Program-made: the position numbers and the translations under genes
Shown here: positions 34,387 through 44,400 of the stretch, piece by piece
Numbering within the stretch: position 1 is the stretch's first letter
How the letters are laid out: every line of letters starts with the position of its first letter
Notes under the pieces: model-generated
What the model saw: the letters and a program-made list of their open reading frames with translations, nothing else
Databases searched by the model: none
What the model was told of the DNA's origin: nothing
Assembly: GCA_036259255.1 (NCBI GenBank)
Contig: DATACC010000207.1
Span: forward strand, 2,644 to 66,643
Length of the DNA: 64,000 nt
Origin: Thermoanaerobaculia bacterium
Lineage (GTDB): Bacteria; Acidobacteriota; Thermoanaerobaculia; Multivoradales; JBCCEF01
Direction: 5' to 3'

Positions 34387-36078
34387 ATGCCGAAGGTCAC
34401 CATCGACGACCGCACCATCGAGGTCGAGCGCGGCACCAACCTGGTGGACGCCGCGACCGAGGCGGGCGTGCAGATCCCCCACTACTGCTATCACCCGCGC
34501 CTGTCGGTGGTCGGCCAGTGCCGCATGTGCCTGGTGCAGATCGACGGCATGCCGAAGCTGCAAGCCGGCTGCTCCACGCAGGTGATGAAGGACGGCATGG
34601 TGGTGCGCACCGACAGCCCGGAGGTGCGCGAGGCGCAGAAGGGGATGATGGAGTTCTTCCTCATCAACCACCCCCTCGACTGCCCGATCTGCGACCAGGC
34701 CGGCGAGTGCGGGCTGCAGGACTACGCCTTCAAGCACGGCCAGGCGTTCAGTCGCTTCCAGTACGAGGACAAGCGCACCTACCCGGGGCGCGAGCGCATC
34801 CCGCTGGGCCCCAACGTGGTGCTCAACATGAACCGGTGCATCCAGTGCACGCGCTGCGTCCGCTTCACGCGCGAGGTCTCGCAGACCGGCGAGCTCGGCT
34901 TCTTCAACCGCGGCGCGCGCACCGAGATCGGCACCTTCCCGGGCAAGCCGCTGGACGGCCCGCTGGCGTCCAACGTCGTCGACATCTGCCCGGTGGGCGC
35001 CCTCACGTCCACCCGCTTCCGGTTCGCCGAGCGGGTGTGGTACCTCGACAAGCGCCCGAGCCTGTGCACCGGCTGCGACGTGGGCTGCAACGTGACCCTG
35101 GAGCACCGGCGCGGCCAGATCCGGCGCTACAAGCCGCGGGCCAACCCGGAGGTCAACGACTTCTGGATGTGCGACTACGGTCGCAGCAGCTTCGAGCGCT
35201 ACTACGAGCTGCCGCGCCTGGCGGCACCGCGGGTGCGCCGCGACGACCGCGTGGTGCCGGCGTCGTGGAGCCACGCGCTGGAGGCGGTGCACCAGGCCCT
35301 GGCCGGCGGCGGCAGGACGGCGATCCTCGGCTCCGGCAACCTGACCACCGAGGAGGCGTGGCTGCTCGCCCGGCTGGCGGAGGCGGCCGGGCCGGCGGCG
35401 GGAACCCAGGCGGGGGAGACCCCAGCCGTGGAGCTGCCGCTGGCGGTCGAGCAGGGGCCGCGGTGGACGATTCCGAACCCCTCCGGCGGCATCACCGGCA
35501 GCGGCGACACGACGCCCAACCGGCGCGGCGCCGAGCTGGCCGGCTTCTCCACCGCCGCGGCGGAGGGGCTGCTGACCGGCACGGCCACCGGATACGACGT
35601 GCTCTTCGTCGCCGACAGCGACTTCGGCTCCCCGGCCCACGACGAGGCGGCGGTGGAGCGCCTGCGCGGCACCGCCCGCTTCCTGGTGGTGATGGGCTGG
35701 GCGGAGACGCCGCTGGCCCGCGCCGCCGACGTGGTGCTGCCGGTCGCCACCCATGCCGAGAGGGAGGGCACCTTCGTCAACGTGGAGCACCGGCTGCAGC
35801 GCTTCGAGACGGCCTTCCCGCCACCGGCCCAGGTGCGCCCGGCCACCGACGCCCTCACCGACCTGCTGGCGTTCTGGGACGAGGGCTGGCGCGGCGCGCG
35901 GGTCGCCGACGTGTTCGCCCGCATGGCCGCCGCCGTGCCGGCGCTGGCCGGAATCGAGTTCGAGGAGCTGCCCGCCCAGGGGGTGGCGCTGGCGACCGGC
36001 GGAGCCGTCGGCGCGGGCGCCGGACCGTCGGGCGGCAGCGCGACGGTGCACACCGCGGAGCCGCCGGCGGGGGCCTAG
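34387..36078 (+). CDS. nuoG: NADH-quinone oxidoreductase subunit G (short, 563-aa form)
   Basis: The [2Fe-2S] region is IPHYCYHPRLSVVGQCRMCLV..AGC. Further cluster motifs are HPLDCPICDQAGEC and CIQCTRCVRF...CPVGAL, followed by CTGCDVGCN. Confidence 0.9.
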   Translation: MPKVTIDDRTIEVERGTNLVDAATEAGVQIPHYCYHPRLSVVGQCRMCLVQIDGMPKLQAGCSTQVMKDGMVVRTDSPEVREAQKGMMEFFLINHPLDCPICDQAGECGLQDYAFKHGQAFSRFQYEDKRTYPGRERIPLGPNVVLNMNRCIQCTRCVRFTREVSQTGELGFFNRGARTEIGTFPGKPLDGPLASNVVDICPVGALTSTRFRFAERVWYLDKRPSLCTGCDVGCNVTLEHRRGQIRRYKPRANPEVNDFWMCDYGRSSFERYYELPRLAAPRVRRDDRVVPASWSHALEAVHQALAGGGRTAILGSGNLTTEEAWLLARLAEAAGPAAGTQAGETPAVELPLAVEQGPRWTIPNPSGGITGSGDTTPNRRGAELAGFSTAAAEGLLTGTATGYDVLFVADSDFGSPAHDEAAVERLRGTARFLVVMGWAETPLARAADVVLPVATHAEREGTFVNVEHRLQRFETAFPPPAQVRPATDALTDLLAFWDEGWRGARVADVFARMAAAVPALAGIEFEELPAQGVALATGGAVGAGAGPSGGSATVHTAEPPAGA

Positions 36079-36091
36079 GACGGCGCCCGCG

Positions 36092-36124
36092 GCGTCGCTC
36101 CCCGGGAGGGGAGCAGGGACGCCG
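36092..36124 (+). other. Intra-operon GC stem-loop between nuoG and nuoH (GGCGTCGCTCCCC-GGGA-GGGGAGC-AGG-GACGCC)
   Basis: Read directly. A 7-bp perfect inner stem has a 4-nt loop. A 6-bp outer stem follows across a 3-nt bulge. There is no U-tract. Confidence 0.3.
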
Positions 36125-36177
36125 CATCGCCGAGCCACCGGGCTGCTTCGGCTGCACATCAGAGGGAGGGAGATTCG

Positions 36178-37230
36178 TTGCTCTTCGATCTCGTCGCCAC
36201 GATCATCAAGATGGCGGTGTTCCTGGGCGTCCTGATGGGCGCCATCGCGCCGCTGATGGTGTGGGTGGAGCGGCGCGGCGCCGGCCTGATGCAGGACCGC
36301 CCCGGCCCCAACCGGCTCGGCCCGTGGGGGCTGTTCCAGCCGCTGGCCGACGTGTTCAAGTTCTTCTTCAAGGAGGACCTGACCCCGGCGTTGGCCGACC
36401 GCTGGCTGTTCCTGGCCGCGCCGGCGCTGGCCCTGATCCCGGCGCTGACCACCTTCGTCTTCATCCCCTTCGGCCCCGACGTCGAGGTGGCCGGCCGCAT
36501 GGTGCCGCTGGTGGTCAGCGACGCCGACGCCGGCGTGCTGCTGTTTCTCGCCATCGCCAGCCTCGGCGTCTACTCGCTGATCCTCGCCGGCTACGCCTCG
36601 AACAACAAGTTCTCGCTGCTCGGAGGCATCCGCGCGTCGGCCCAGCTGATCAGCTACGAGCTGGCCATGGCGCTGGCGGTGCTGGCGGTGCTCATCCCGG
36701 TGGGGTCGTTCCACCTCGGGCGGGTGGTCGACTACCAGCACGGCCTGTGGAACGTGGTGCCCCAGTTCCTCGGCTTCGTGGTCTTCCTGGTCGCCGCTTT
36801 CGCCGAGACCAACCGCCTGCCCTTCGACCTGCCGGAGGCGGAGAGCGAGCTGGTGGCGGGCTTCCACACCGAGTACAGCGCCATGCGCTTCGCCGCCTTC
36901 TTCACCGGCGAGTACGTGGCGATGACCACCATCTCGGCGCTGGCCGCCACGCTCTACTTCGGCGGCTGGAGCCTGTTCGGCTTCCCCGAGTGGGCGGCCG
37001 GCGCGCTGGCCGGGCTGGTCGGACCGTTCTGGCTGTGGATGGGGTTGATCGGCCTCGGCGTGCTGCTCGCCAAGACCTCCGTGTTCCTGTTCTTCTTCGT
37101 CTGGGTGCGCTGGACCTTCCTGCGCTTCCGCTACGACCAGCTCATGCGGCTCGGTTGGAAGGTGCTGATGCCGCTGGCGCTGGTCAACTTGATCGCGGTC
37201 GCCGCGGCGACCGTGGCGGGGTGGCTCTAG
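36178..37230 (+). CDS. nuoH: NADH-quinone oxidoreductase subunit H
   Basis: 350 aa from TTG 36178, preceded by AGAGGGAGGGAG. Contains VWVERRGAGLMQDRPGPNR and GLFQPLADVFKFFFKED. Confidence 0.93.
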   Translation: MLFDLVATIIKMAVFLGVLMGAIAPLMVWVERRGAGLMQDRPGPNRLGPWGLFQPLADVFKFFFKEDLTPALADRWLFLAAPALALIPALTTFVFIPFGPDVEVAGRMVPLVVSDADAGVLLFLAIASLGVYSLILAGYASNNKFSLLGGIRASAQLISYELAMALAVLAVLIPVGSFHLGRVVDYQHGLWNVVPQFLGFVVFLVAAFAETNRLPFDLPEAESELVAGFHTEYSAMRFAAFFTGEYVAMTTISALAATLYFGGWSLFGFPEWAAGALAGLVGPFWLWMGLIGLGVLLAKTSVFLFFFVWVRWTFLRFRYDQLMRLGWKVLMPLALVNLIAVAAATVAGWL

Positions 37231-37232
37231 CG

Positions 37233-37856
37233 ATGATCGAGGTCGCCGTCTTCCTGCTCTTCGCCGCGCTGGCGCTGGGCTCCGCGCTCATGGTGGTGCT
37301 GCTCCGCAACCCGGTGCACTCGACGCTCAGCCTGGTGCTGACGCTGCTCGCCATCGCGGTGCTCTTCGTGCTGCTCGGGGCGCCGTTCCTGGCCGCCCTG
37401 CAGGTGCTCGTCTACACCGGCGCCATCGTGGTGCTGTTCCTCTTCGTGGTCATGCTGCTCAACATCGGCCGCGAGGAGATCGCCACCGACCGCGGCCTGG
37501 TGCAGAAGGGCGCCGCCGGCCTGGGCGCCCTGATCCTGCTCGGCATGGTGGGCGCCGCCCTGTGGCAGGGCACCGCCGGCCACGAGCTGGCGCCGCTCAC
37601 CGAGGACTTCGTGTCGCTCGAGGTGCTGGCGACCCAGCTCTTCGGCCGCTATCTCGTGGCCTTCGAGCTGGTCGGGCTGCTGCTGCTGGTGGCGGTGATC
37701 GCCGCGACGGTGCTCGCCGCCCGCCCGACGCCCGGCGAGCCCCTGGCCGCCGGCGACCGGCTGGCCGACGCGGCCCCGGTCGAGCGCGGGGGGCCGGAGC
37801 CGGAGGAGCTCGCCGAGCCGACCGCCCCCTCCACCGCTGCCGAGGAGGCGCGCTGA
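37233..37856 (+). CDS. nuoJ: NADH-quinone oxidoreductase subunit J
   Basis: 207 aa. Contains NPVHSTLSLVLTLL, LQVLVYTGAIVVLFLFVVMLL. The C-terminal tail is acidic and Pro-rich. Confidence 0.88.
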   Translation: MIEVAVFLLFAALALGSALMVVLLRNPVHSTLSLVLTLLAIAVLFVLLGAPFLAALQVLVYTGAIVVLFLFVVMLLNIGREEIATDRGLVQKGAAGLGALILLGMVGAALWQGTAGHELAPLTEDFVSLEVLATQLFGRYLVAFELVGLLLLVAVIAATVLAARPTPGEPLAAGDRLADAAPVERGGPEPEELAEPTAPSTAAEEAR

Positions 37857-38158
37857 TGGTCCCCATCTCCTGGTACCTGCTGCTCGCCGCGCTGCTGTTC
37901 GTCATCGGCGCCGCCGGCGCGTTGACCCGGCGCAACGGCATCACCATCTTCCTCTCGGTGGAGCTGATGCTCAACTCGGTCAATCTCACCCTCGCCGCCT
38001 ACTCGCGCCTGCTCGACGACCACACGGGGCAGCTCGTCGTGTTCTTCGTGCTCGCCGTGGCCGCCGCCGAGGCGGCCGTGGGCCTGGCTCTGTTCATCGC
38101 CATCTACCGCCACCGGCGGACCATCGACCTGAACCGCATCAACCTGATGCGCTGGTAG
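37856..38158 (+). CDS. nuoK: NADH-quinone oxidoreductase subunit K
   Basis: 100 aa. ATG overlaps the nuoJ stop (TGATG). Contains LSVELMLNSVNLTLAAYS and AAAEAAVGLALFIAIYR. Confidence 0.93.
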   Translation: MVPISWYLLLAALLFVIGAAGALTRRNGITIFLSVELMLNSVNLTLAAYSRLLDDHTGQLVVFFVLAVAAAEAAVGLALFIAIYRHRRTIDLNRINLMRW

Positions 38159-38165
38159 GGGAGCC

Positions 38166-40109
<1,944 letters not shown>

Positions 40110-40142
40110 GGCACGCCCTCTGGTACCGGGAGAGCCCGCACG

Positions 40143-41882
40143 ATGGAACTCGATCTCGACCTGATCGCCGAACTCCTGTTCGGCAACTCGCTGACCCGGC
40201 TGGTGCTGTTTCCCGCCGTGGCGGCGCTGCCGCTGCTGTTCTTCCCGCGCAGCGCCCAGGGCGCCGCCCGGGGCTACGCGCTGGCCGTCTCCCTCGTCGA
40301 GCTGCTGCTCGGGGTGTGGTACGTCGCCGCCCACTGGGGCGCCGGCGGCAGCTTCACCGCGGTGGCCGACCCGGAGGTGGCGTGGATCCCCACCTTCGGC
40401 ATCCGCTACGCCCTGGTGATGGACGGCATCTCGATGCCGCTGGTGGTGCTCACCGTCTTCCTGCTGCCGTTCGTGCTGCTCGGCTCCTGGGTGGGGGTGA
40501 CCCGGCACTGGAAGGGCTTCGCCGGCTCGATGCTGGTGCTGACCACCGGCATCCTGGGGACGCTGCTCGCCTGGGACCTCTTCCTGTTCTACATCTTCTG
40601 GGAGGTCATGCTGGTGCCGATGTACCTGATCATCGGCATCTGGGGCGGCGAGCGGCGCGTCTACGCGGCGGTCAAGTTCTTCCTCTACACCATGGCGGGC
40701 AGCCTGCTGATGCTGCTCGCCATCCTGTGGATGGCCTGGCAGTACGCCGAGGTGGCCGGCGCCTGGAGCTTCGCCTACGCGGACCTGATGCAGCTCGGCC
40801 TGCCGGTGGGCCCCCAGCTCTGGCTCTTCGCCGCCTTCTTCCTGGCCTTCGCCATCAAGGTGCCGATGTTCCCGTTCCACACCTGGCTGCCGGACGCCCA
40901 CGTCGAGGCGCCCACCGGCGGCTCGGTGATTCTCGCCGGCATCCTGCTGAAGCTCGGCACGTACGGGTTCCTGCGCTTCGCGCTGCCGTTCTTCCCGCAG
41001 GCGGTGGAGACGTTCCAGCCGGTGCTGCTGGCGCTGGCGGTCGCCGGCATCCTGTACGGCGCGCTGGTCGCCTGGGTGCAGGTGGACATGAAGAAGCTGG
41101 TGGCCTACTCGTCCATCGCCCACCTCGGGTTCGTGATGCTGGGCCTGTTCGCCGTCGACCAGATCGCCTGGGAGGGCGCCCTGCTGCAGATGGTCAACCA
41201 CGGCCTGTCCACCGGCGCCCTGTTCCTGCTCGTGGGCATGCTCTACGACCGCCGCCACACCAAGAAGTTCGCGGACTTCTCCGGCCTCGCCAAGGTGATG
41301 CCGTGGTTCGCCTTCTTCCTGATCTTCTCGGCCCTGGCCTCGGTGGGGCTGCCGGGGTTGAACGGCTTCGTCGGCGAGTTCCTGATCCTGATCGGCGCCT
41401 ACCGCGCCGTCGGCTGGTGGGCGGTGGTGGCGACCTTCGGCGTGGTGCTCGCCGCCGTCTACCTGCTGAAGATGCTGATCGAGACGGTGTGGGGCCCGGT
41501 GGAGCACGAGGAGAACCGCCATCTCGCCGATCTGGGCCTGCGCGAGATCGCCACCCTGGTGCCGCTGGCGGTGCTGATGCTCGCCATCGGCGTGGCGCCC
41601 GAGCCGTTCCTCCGGCCCAGCCGGGCCGACCTCGACCGCACCCTCACCGCCTACCAGGCGCGACTCGCCGAGCCGGCGCGGGAGGTGCCCGGCCTGCGCG
41701 ACGTGCTGCCGCCGGGCGAGGAGGCCGCGCCCGAGGAGCTGCCGCGGGCGGCCGCGCTGCCCGCCGACCCGGTGCCGGGTGTCCCTCCAGTGCCGGCACC
41801 CGACGCCGTCCCGGCCGCAGCCCCGAGCACCGCCACCGTCAACATCGCCGACGCCGCGGGCGTTCCTGAGGTGAACCGATGA
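40143..41882 (+). CDS. nuoM: NADH-quinone oxidoreductase subunit M (with a ~80-aa Pro/Ala-rich C-terminal extension)
   Basis: 579 aa. Contains FHTWLPDAHVEAPTGGSVILAGILLKLGTYG. Confidence 0.92.
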   Translation: MELDLDLIAELLFGNSLTRLVLFPAVAALPLLFFPRSAQGAARGYALAVSLVELLLGVWYVAAHWGAGGSFTAVADPEVAWIPTFGIRYALVMDGISMPLVVLTVFLLPFVLLGSWVGVTRHWKGFAGSMLVLTTGILGTLLAWDLFLFYIFWEVMLVPMYLIIGIWGGERRVYAAVKFFLYTMAGSLLMLLAILWMAWQYAEVAGAWSFAYADLMQLGLPVGPQLWLFAAFFLAFAIKVPMFPFHTWLPDAHVEAPTGGSVILAGILLKLGTYGFLRFALPFFPQAVETFQPVLLALAVAGILYGALVAWVQVDMKKLVAYSSIAHLGFVMLGLFAVDQIAWEGALLQMVNHGLSTGALFLLVGMLYDRRHTKKFADFSGLAKVMPWFAFFLIFSALASVGLPGLNGFVGEFLILIGAYRAVGWWAVVATFGVVLAAVYLLKMLIETVWGPVEHEENRHLADLGLREIATLVPLAVLMLAIGVAPEPFLRPSRADLDRTLTAYQARLAEPAREVPGLRDVLPPGEEAAPEELPRAAALPADPVPGVPPVPAPDAVPAAAPSTATVNIADAAGVPEVNR

Positions 41883-43315
41883 CCCAAGCCGACGTGTGGA
41901 GCCTGGCGCCAGAGATCGTGCTGACCGGCGCCGGCATCCTGATCCTCCTGCTGGAGGCCTTCACGCCTTCGCTGCGCCGCGCCTTCACGGCGCTCGCCGC
42001 CCTCTCCACCCTGGTGGCGGCGTGGGCGGCGGTGGCCTGGGTGCCGGAGGGGCTGTCCTTCGGCGGCATCGTCGAGCACAGCCCGGTGACGCTGGCCTTC
42101 ACCCTGGTGGTGCTGCTCTCGGCCTTCCTCGGCCTCGTCGCCTCCGGCGGTTACCTGCGCCGCGAGGGGATCCTCACCGGCGAGTACCACGCGCTGTTCC
42201 TGTGGGCCGCGGCGGGCATGCTGTTCATGCTGCGGGCCACCGAGCTACTCACCGTCTTCGTCGCCCTGGAGACGCTGTCGCTCGCCCTCTACGCCCTGTG
42301 CGCCTTCCATCGCAAGGTGCGGGTAGGCACCGAGGCGGCGATCAAGTATTTCCTGATGGGGGCGTTCGCCAGCGCCTTCGTGCTCTACGGCATCGCGCTG
42401 CTCTACGGCGAGACCGGCACCACGGCGCTCGCCGGCATCGGCGAGGCCCTGGCCCTCGGCGAGGTCTCGCTGCTCGCCGGCCTCGGCGTGCTGCTGCTCG
42501 TCGCGGGGTTCGGCTTCAAGATGAGCCTGGTGCCGTTCCACGCCTGGTCGCCGGACGCTTACCAGGGGGCGCCGTCGCCGTTCGTCGCCTTCCTCTCGGT
42601 GGCGCCGAAGGTGGCGAGCGCCCTGGTGCTGCTGCGGGTGCTGACGGCCTCGGCCGAGGCGGCGGGCTTCGACGTCGGCCAGGTGGTGGCGGCGCTGGCG
42701 GTGCTCTCGATGGTGGTGGGCAACCTGCTGGCGCTGGTGCAGCGCGACATCAAGCGGATGCTCGCCTACTCCGGCATCGCCCACATGGGTTACCTGCTGA
42801 TCGCCATGGCGACGATGACCCCCGGCAGCTACCACGCCGTGCTCGTCTACCTGCTGGCCTACGCCCTGATGAACGCCGGCGCCTTCGCCGTGGTGGCGGT
42901 GCTCTATGCCCGCACCGGGGAGCAGCACCTGATCTCGGAGCTCTCCGGCTGGGGCTACCGCTTCCCGTGGCTCGGCGCGGCGCTCGCCGTGTGCATGCTG
43001 TCGTTGGGGGGCCTGCCGCCGACGGTCGGCTTCATCGGCAAGTACGTCGTGTTCATTCACGCGGTGCAGAACGGCGACCTGTGGCTGGCCGTGGTCGGCG
43101 TGCTCACCAGCATCGTCGGCGTGTTCTACTACCTGCGGATCGTCTACACGCTCTACATGCGGCCGGAGGAGCATGCGCCGGTCGGCGTGCCGCGGGATCT
43201 CTGGGGCGGCACCGCGGCCGTTCTGGCGGCGGTGGCCATCCTGCTCCTCGGCGTGCTGCCGGGCGCCCTGCTCGACTGGCTGTGGCGCGGGGCGGCCGGG
43301 GCGGCGGGCTTCTAG
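41879..43315 (+). CDS. nuoN: NADH-quinone oxidoreductase subunit N
   Basis: 478 aa. ATG overlaps the nuoM stop (ATGA). Contains FHAWSPDAYQGAPSPFVAFLSVAPKVA. Confidence 0.92.
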   Translation: MTQADVWSLAPEIVLTGAGILILLLEAFTPSLRRAFTALAALSTLVAAWAAVAWVPEGLSFGGIVEHSPVTLAFTLVVLLSAFLGLVASGGYLRREGILTGEYHALFLWAAAGMLFMLRATELLTVFVALETLSLALYALCAFHRKVRVGTEAAIKYFLMGAFASAFVLYGIALLYGETGTTALAGIGEALALGEVSLLAGLGVLLLVAGFGFKMSLVPFHAWSPDAYQGAPSPFVAFLSVAPKVASALVLLRVLTASAEAAGFDVGQVVAALAVLSMVVGNLLALVQRDIKRMLAYSGIAHMGYLLIAMATMTPGSYHAVLVYLLAYALMNAGAFAVVAVLYARTGEQHLISELSGWGYRFPWLGAALAVCMLSLGGLPPTVGFIGKYVVFIHAVQNGDLWLAVVGVLTSIVGVFYYLRIVYTLYMRPEEHAPVGVPRDLWGGTAAVLAAVAILLLGVLPGALLDWLWRGAAGAAGF

Positions 43316-43325
43316 AGGATCCGAG

Positions 43326-43348
43326 GCCGGGGCGCCGGCCGCCCCGGC
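43326..43348 (+). terminator. GC-rich stem-loop between nuoN and rex (GCCGGGGCG-CCGGC-CGCCCCGGC): possible attenuator or weak terminator
   Basis: A 9-bp perfect stem with a 5-nt loop, read directly. It lacks a canonical U-tract, so termination is uncertain. Confidence 0.25.
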
Positions 43349-43370
43349 GTTCGCCGTCGCTGCCGTGCCG

Positions 43371-44018
43371 ATGTTCGACCACGAAGGGATCTCCCCCCTC
43401 ACGCTCAACCGCCTGTCGGTCTACCTGCGCTGCCTGCGCAATCTGCAGGAGTGCGGCGTGCAGCGGGTCTCCTCCCAGACCCTGGCGGAGCGCTACATGC
43501 TCTCGGCCAGTCAGATCCGCAAGGACCTGGCGCAGTTCGGAGAGTTCGGCATCCGCGGCGTCGGCTACCAGGTGGACGACCTCGCCGCGCGGCTCACCGA
43601 GGTCCTCGGCCTCGACCGCCAGTACCGCCTGGTGATGGTCGGCATGGGCAACCTCGGCACGGCGCTGTCCCAGTACCTCGGCTTCAACCACGGCGCCTTC
43701 CAGGTGGTCGCCGGCGTCGACCGCGACCAGACCCGGGTGGGCCTGCGCCACGGCGAGTTCACCACCCGCCATGTCGACGAGCTGCCGGCGGTGGTGGCCG
43801 AGTCCGGCGCCGAGATCGGCGTCCTGGCGGTCCCCGCCGCCGCCGCCCAGGAGAACTACGACGCCCTGGTGGCGGCGGGAGTGCGCGCCGTCCTCAACTT
43901 CGCACCGGCCCGCGTGAAGCCCGTGGAGGGCGTGCCGCTCAAGAACGTCGACCTGCGAATCTATCTCGAGGAGGCGGCGTTCCTGCTGCGGCACGGCGGC
44001 GAGGGCGGCGAGGAGTAG
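43371..44018 (+). CDS. rex: Redox-sensing transcriptional repressor Rex
   Basis: 215 aa. The winged-helix N-terminus is RLSVYLRCL..L...G...VSSQTLAE..MLSASQIRKDLAQFGEFG.RGVGY. The Rossmann motif is VMVGMGNLG. Confidence 0.9.
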   Translation: MFDHEGISPLTLNRLSVYLRCLRNLQECGVQRVSSQTLAERYMLSASQIRKDLAQFGEFGIRGVGYQVDDLAARLTEVLGLDRQYRLVMVGMGNLGTALSQYLGFNHGAFQVVAGVDRDQTRVGLRHGEFTTRHVDELPAVVAESGAEIGVLAVPAAAAQENYDALVAAGVRAVLNFAPARVKPVEGVPLKNVDLRIYLEEAAFLLRHGGEGGEE

Positions 44019-44205
44019 GCCCGGGGCGGTGGGTGGTGAGAAAACAGCAACGGCACCCCCCAGGATGGCAACGCCCAGGGCGGCCGCCAGGAACCCTGGG
44101 GACTTCGTGAGCCCCGGCTGGCCCAGGGCTCTCACGATCTACTGCGATCCCCCGTGGCTGCAGCGGCATCGGGTTCATCCCCGCGCCCACCGCCGGTCCC
44201 TGGGC

Positions 44206-44352
44206 GTGGAGCACCCCCTCCGGGAGCTCTGGAGCCGGCGCAGGGGCAATCCCGATGTGAGGGCACGAGCGATGGAGCGCCGGCGGAAGGCAGGTCCGAG
44301 CCCTCCCAAAGTCTTTCGAATCGAGGACCGGTCCCGGAGCGGGGTGCTCCAC
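44206..44352. repeat. Long-range inverted repeat: 20/21-nt arms (GTGGAGCACCCCCTCCGGGA ... TCCCGGAGCGGGGTGCTCCAC) enclosing 106 nt, in the rex/recQ convergent gap
   Basis: Read directly. The arms are 44206-44225 and 44332-44352 and are complementary apart from one bulged C. An internal GGTCC/GGACC pairing lies at 44294-44298 and 44325-44329. The enclosed segment is locally less GC-rich. Confidence 0.45.
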
Positions 44353-44400
44353 GCCCCCTCTCAGCGGCTCGCCGTGGCCTGACGCACCCGCCCCGCCCGG

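Noticed and set aside
33031-36867. 1278-aa minus-strand ORF, the longest in the track.
   Set aside because: It is antisense to unmistakable nuoF/nuoG/nuoH genes. Its product is Arg/Gly/Ala/His/Asp low-complexity with no motifs. This is a typical stop-free shadow frame in high-GC DNA.
43104-44135. Minus-strand ORF whose first ~40 residues look like a TM helix (GFLAAALGVAILGGAVAVF), starting in the rex/recQ gap.
   Set aside because: After the first ~40 codons it runs antisense through rex and nuoN with no stop. There is no SD and the composition is shadow-like. A very small membrane peptide cannot be excluded, but it is not supportable.
44206-44352. The idea that the inverted-repeat element is the SRP (4.5S) RNA or another housekeeping RNA.
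   Set aside because: The conserved SRP domain IV pattern (..GGUCC-GGAA-GGAAGC..) is not present on either strand. A GGAA occurs, but its flanks cannot pair as required. No RNase P, tmRNA or 6S signatures were seen either.
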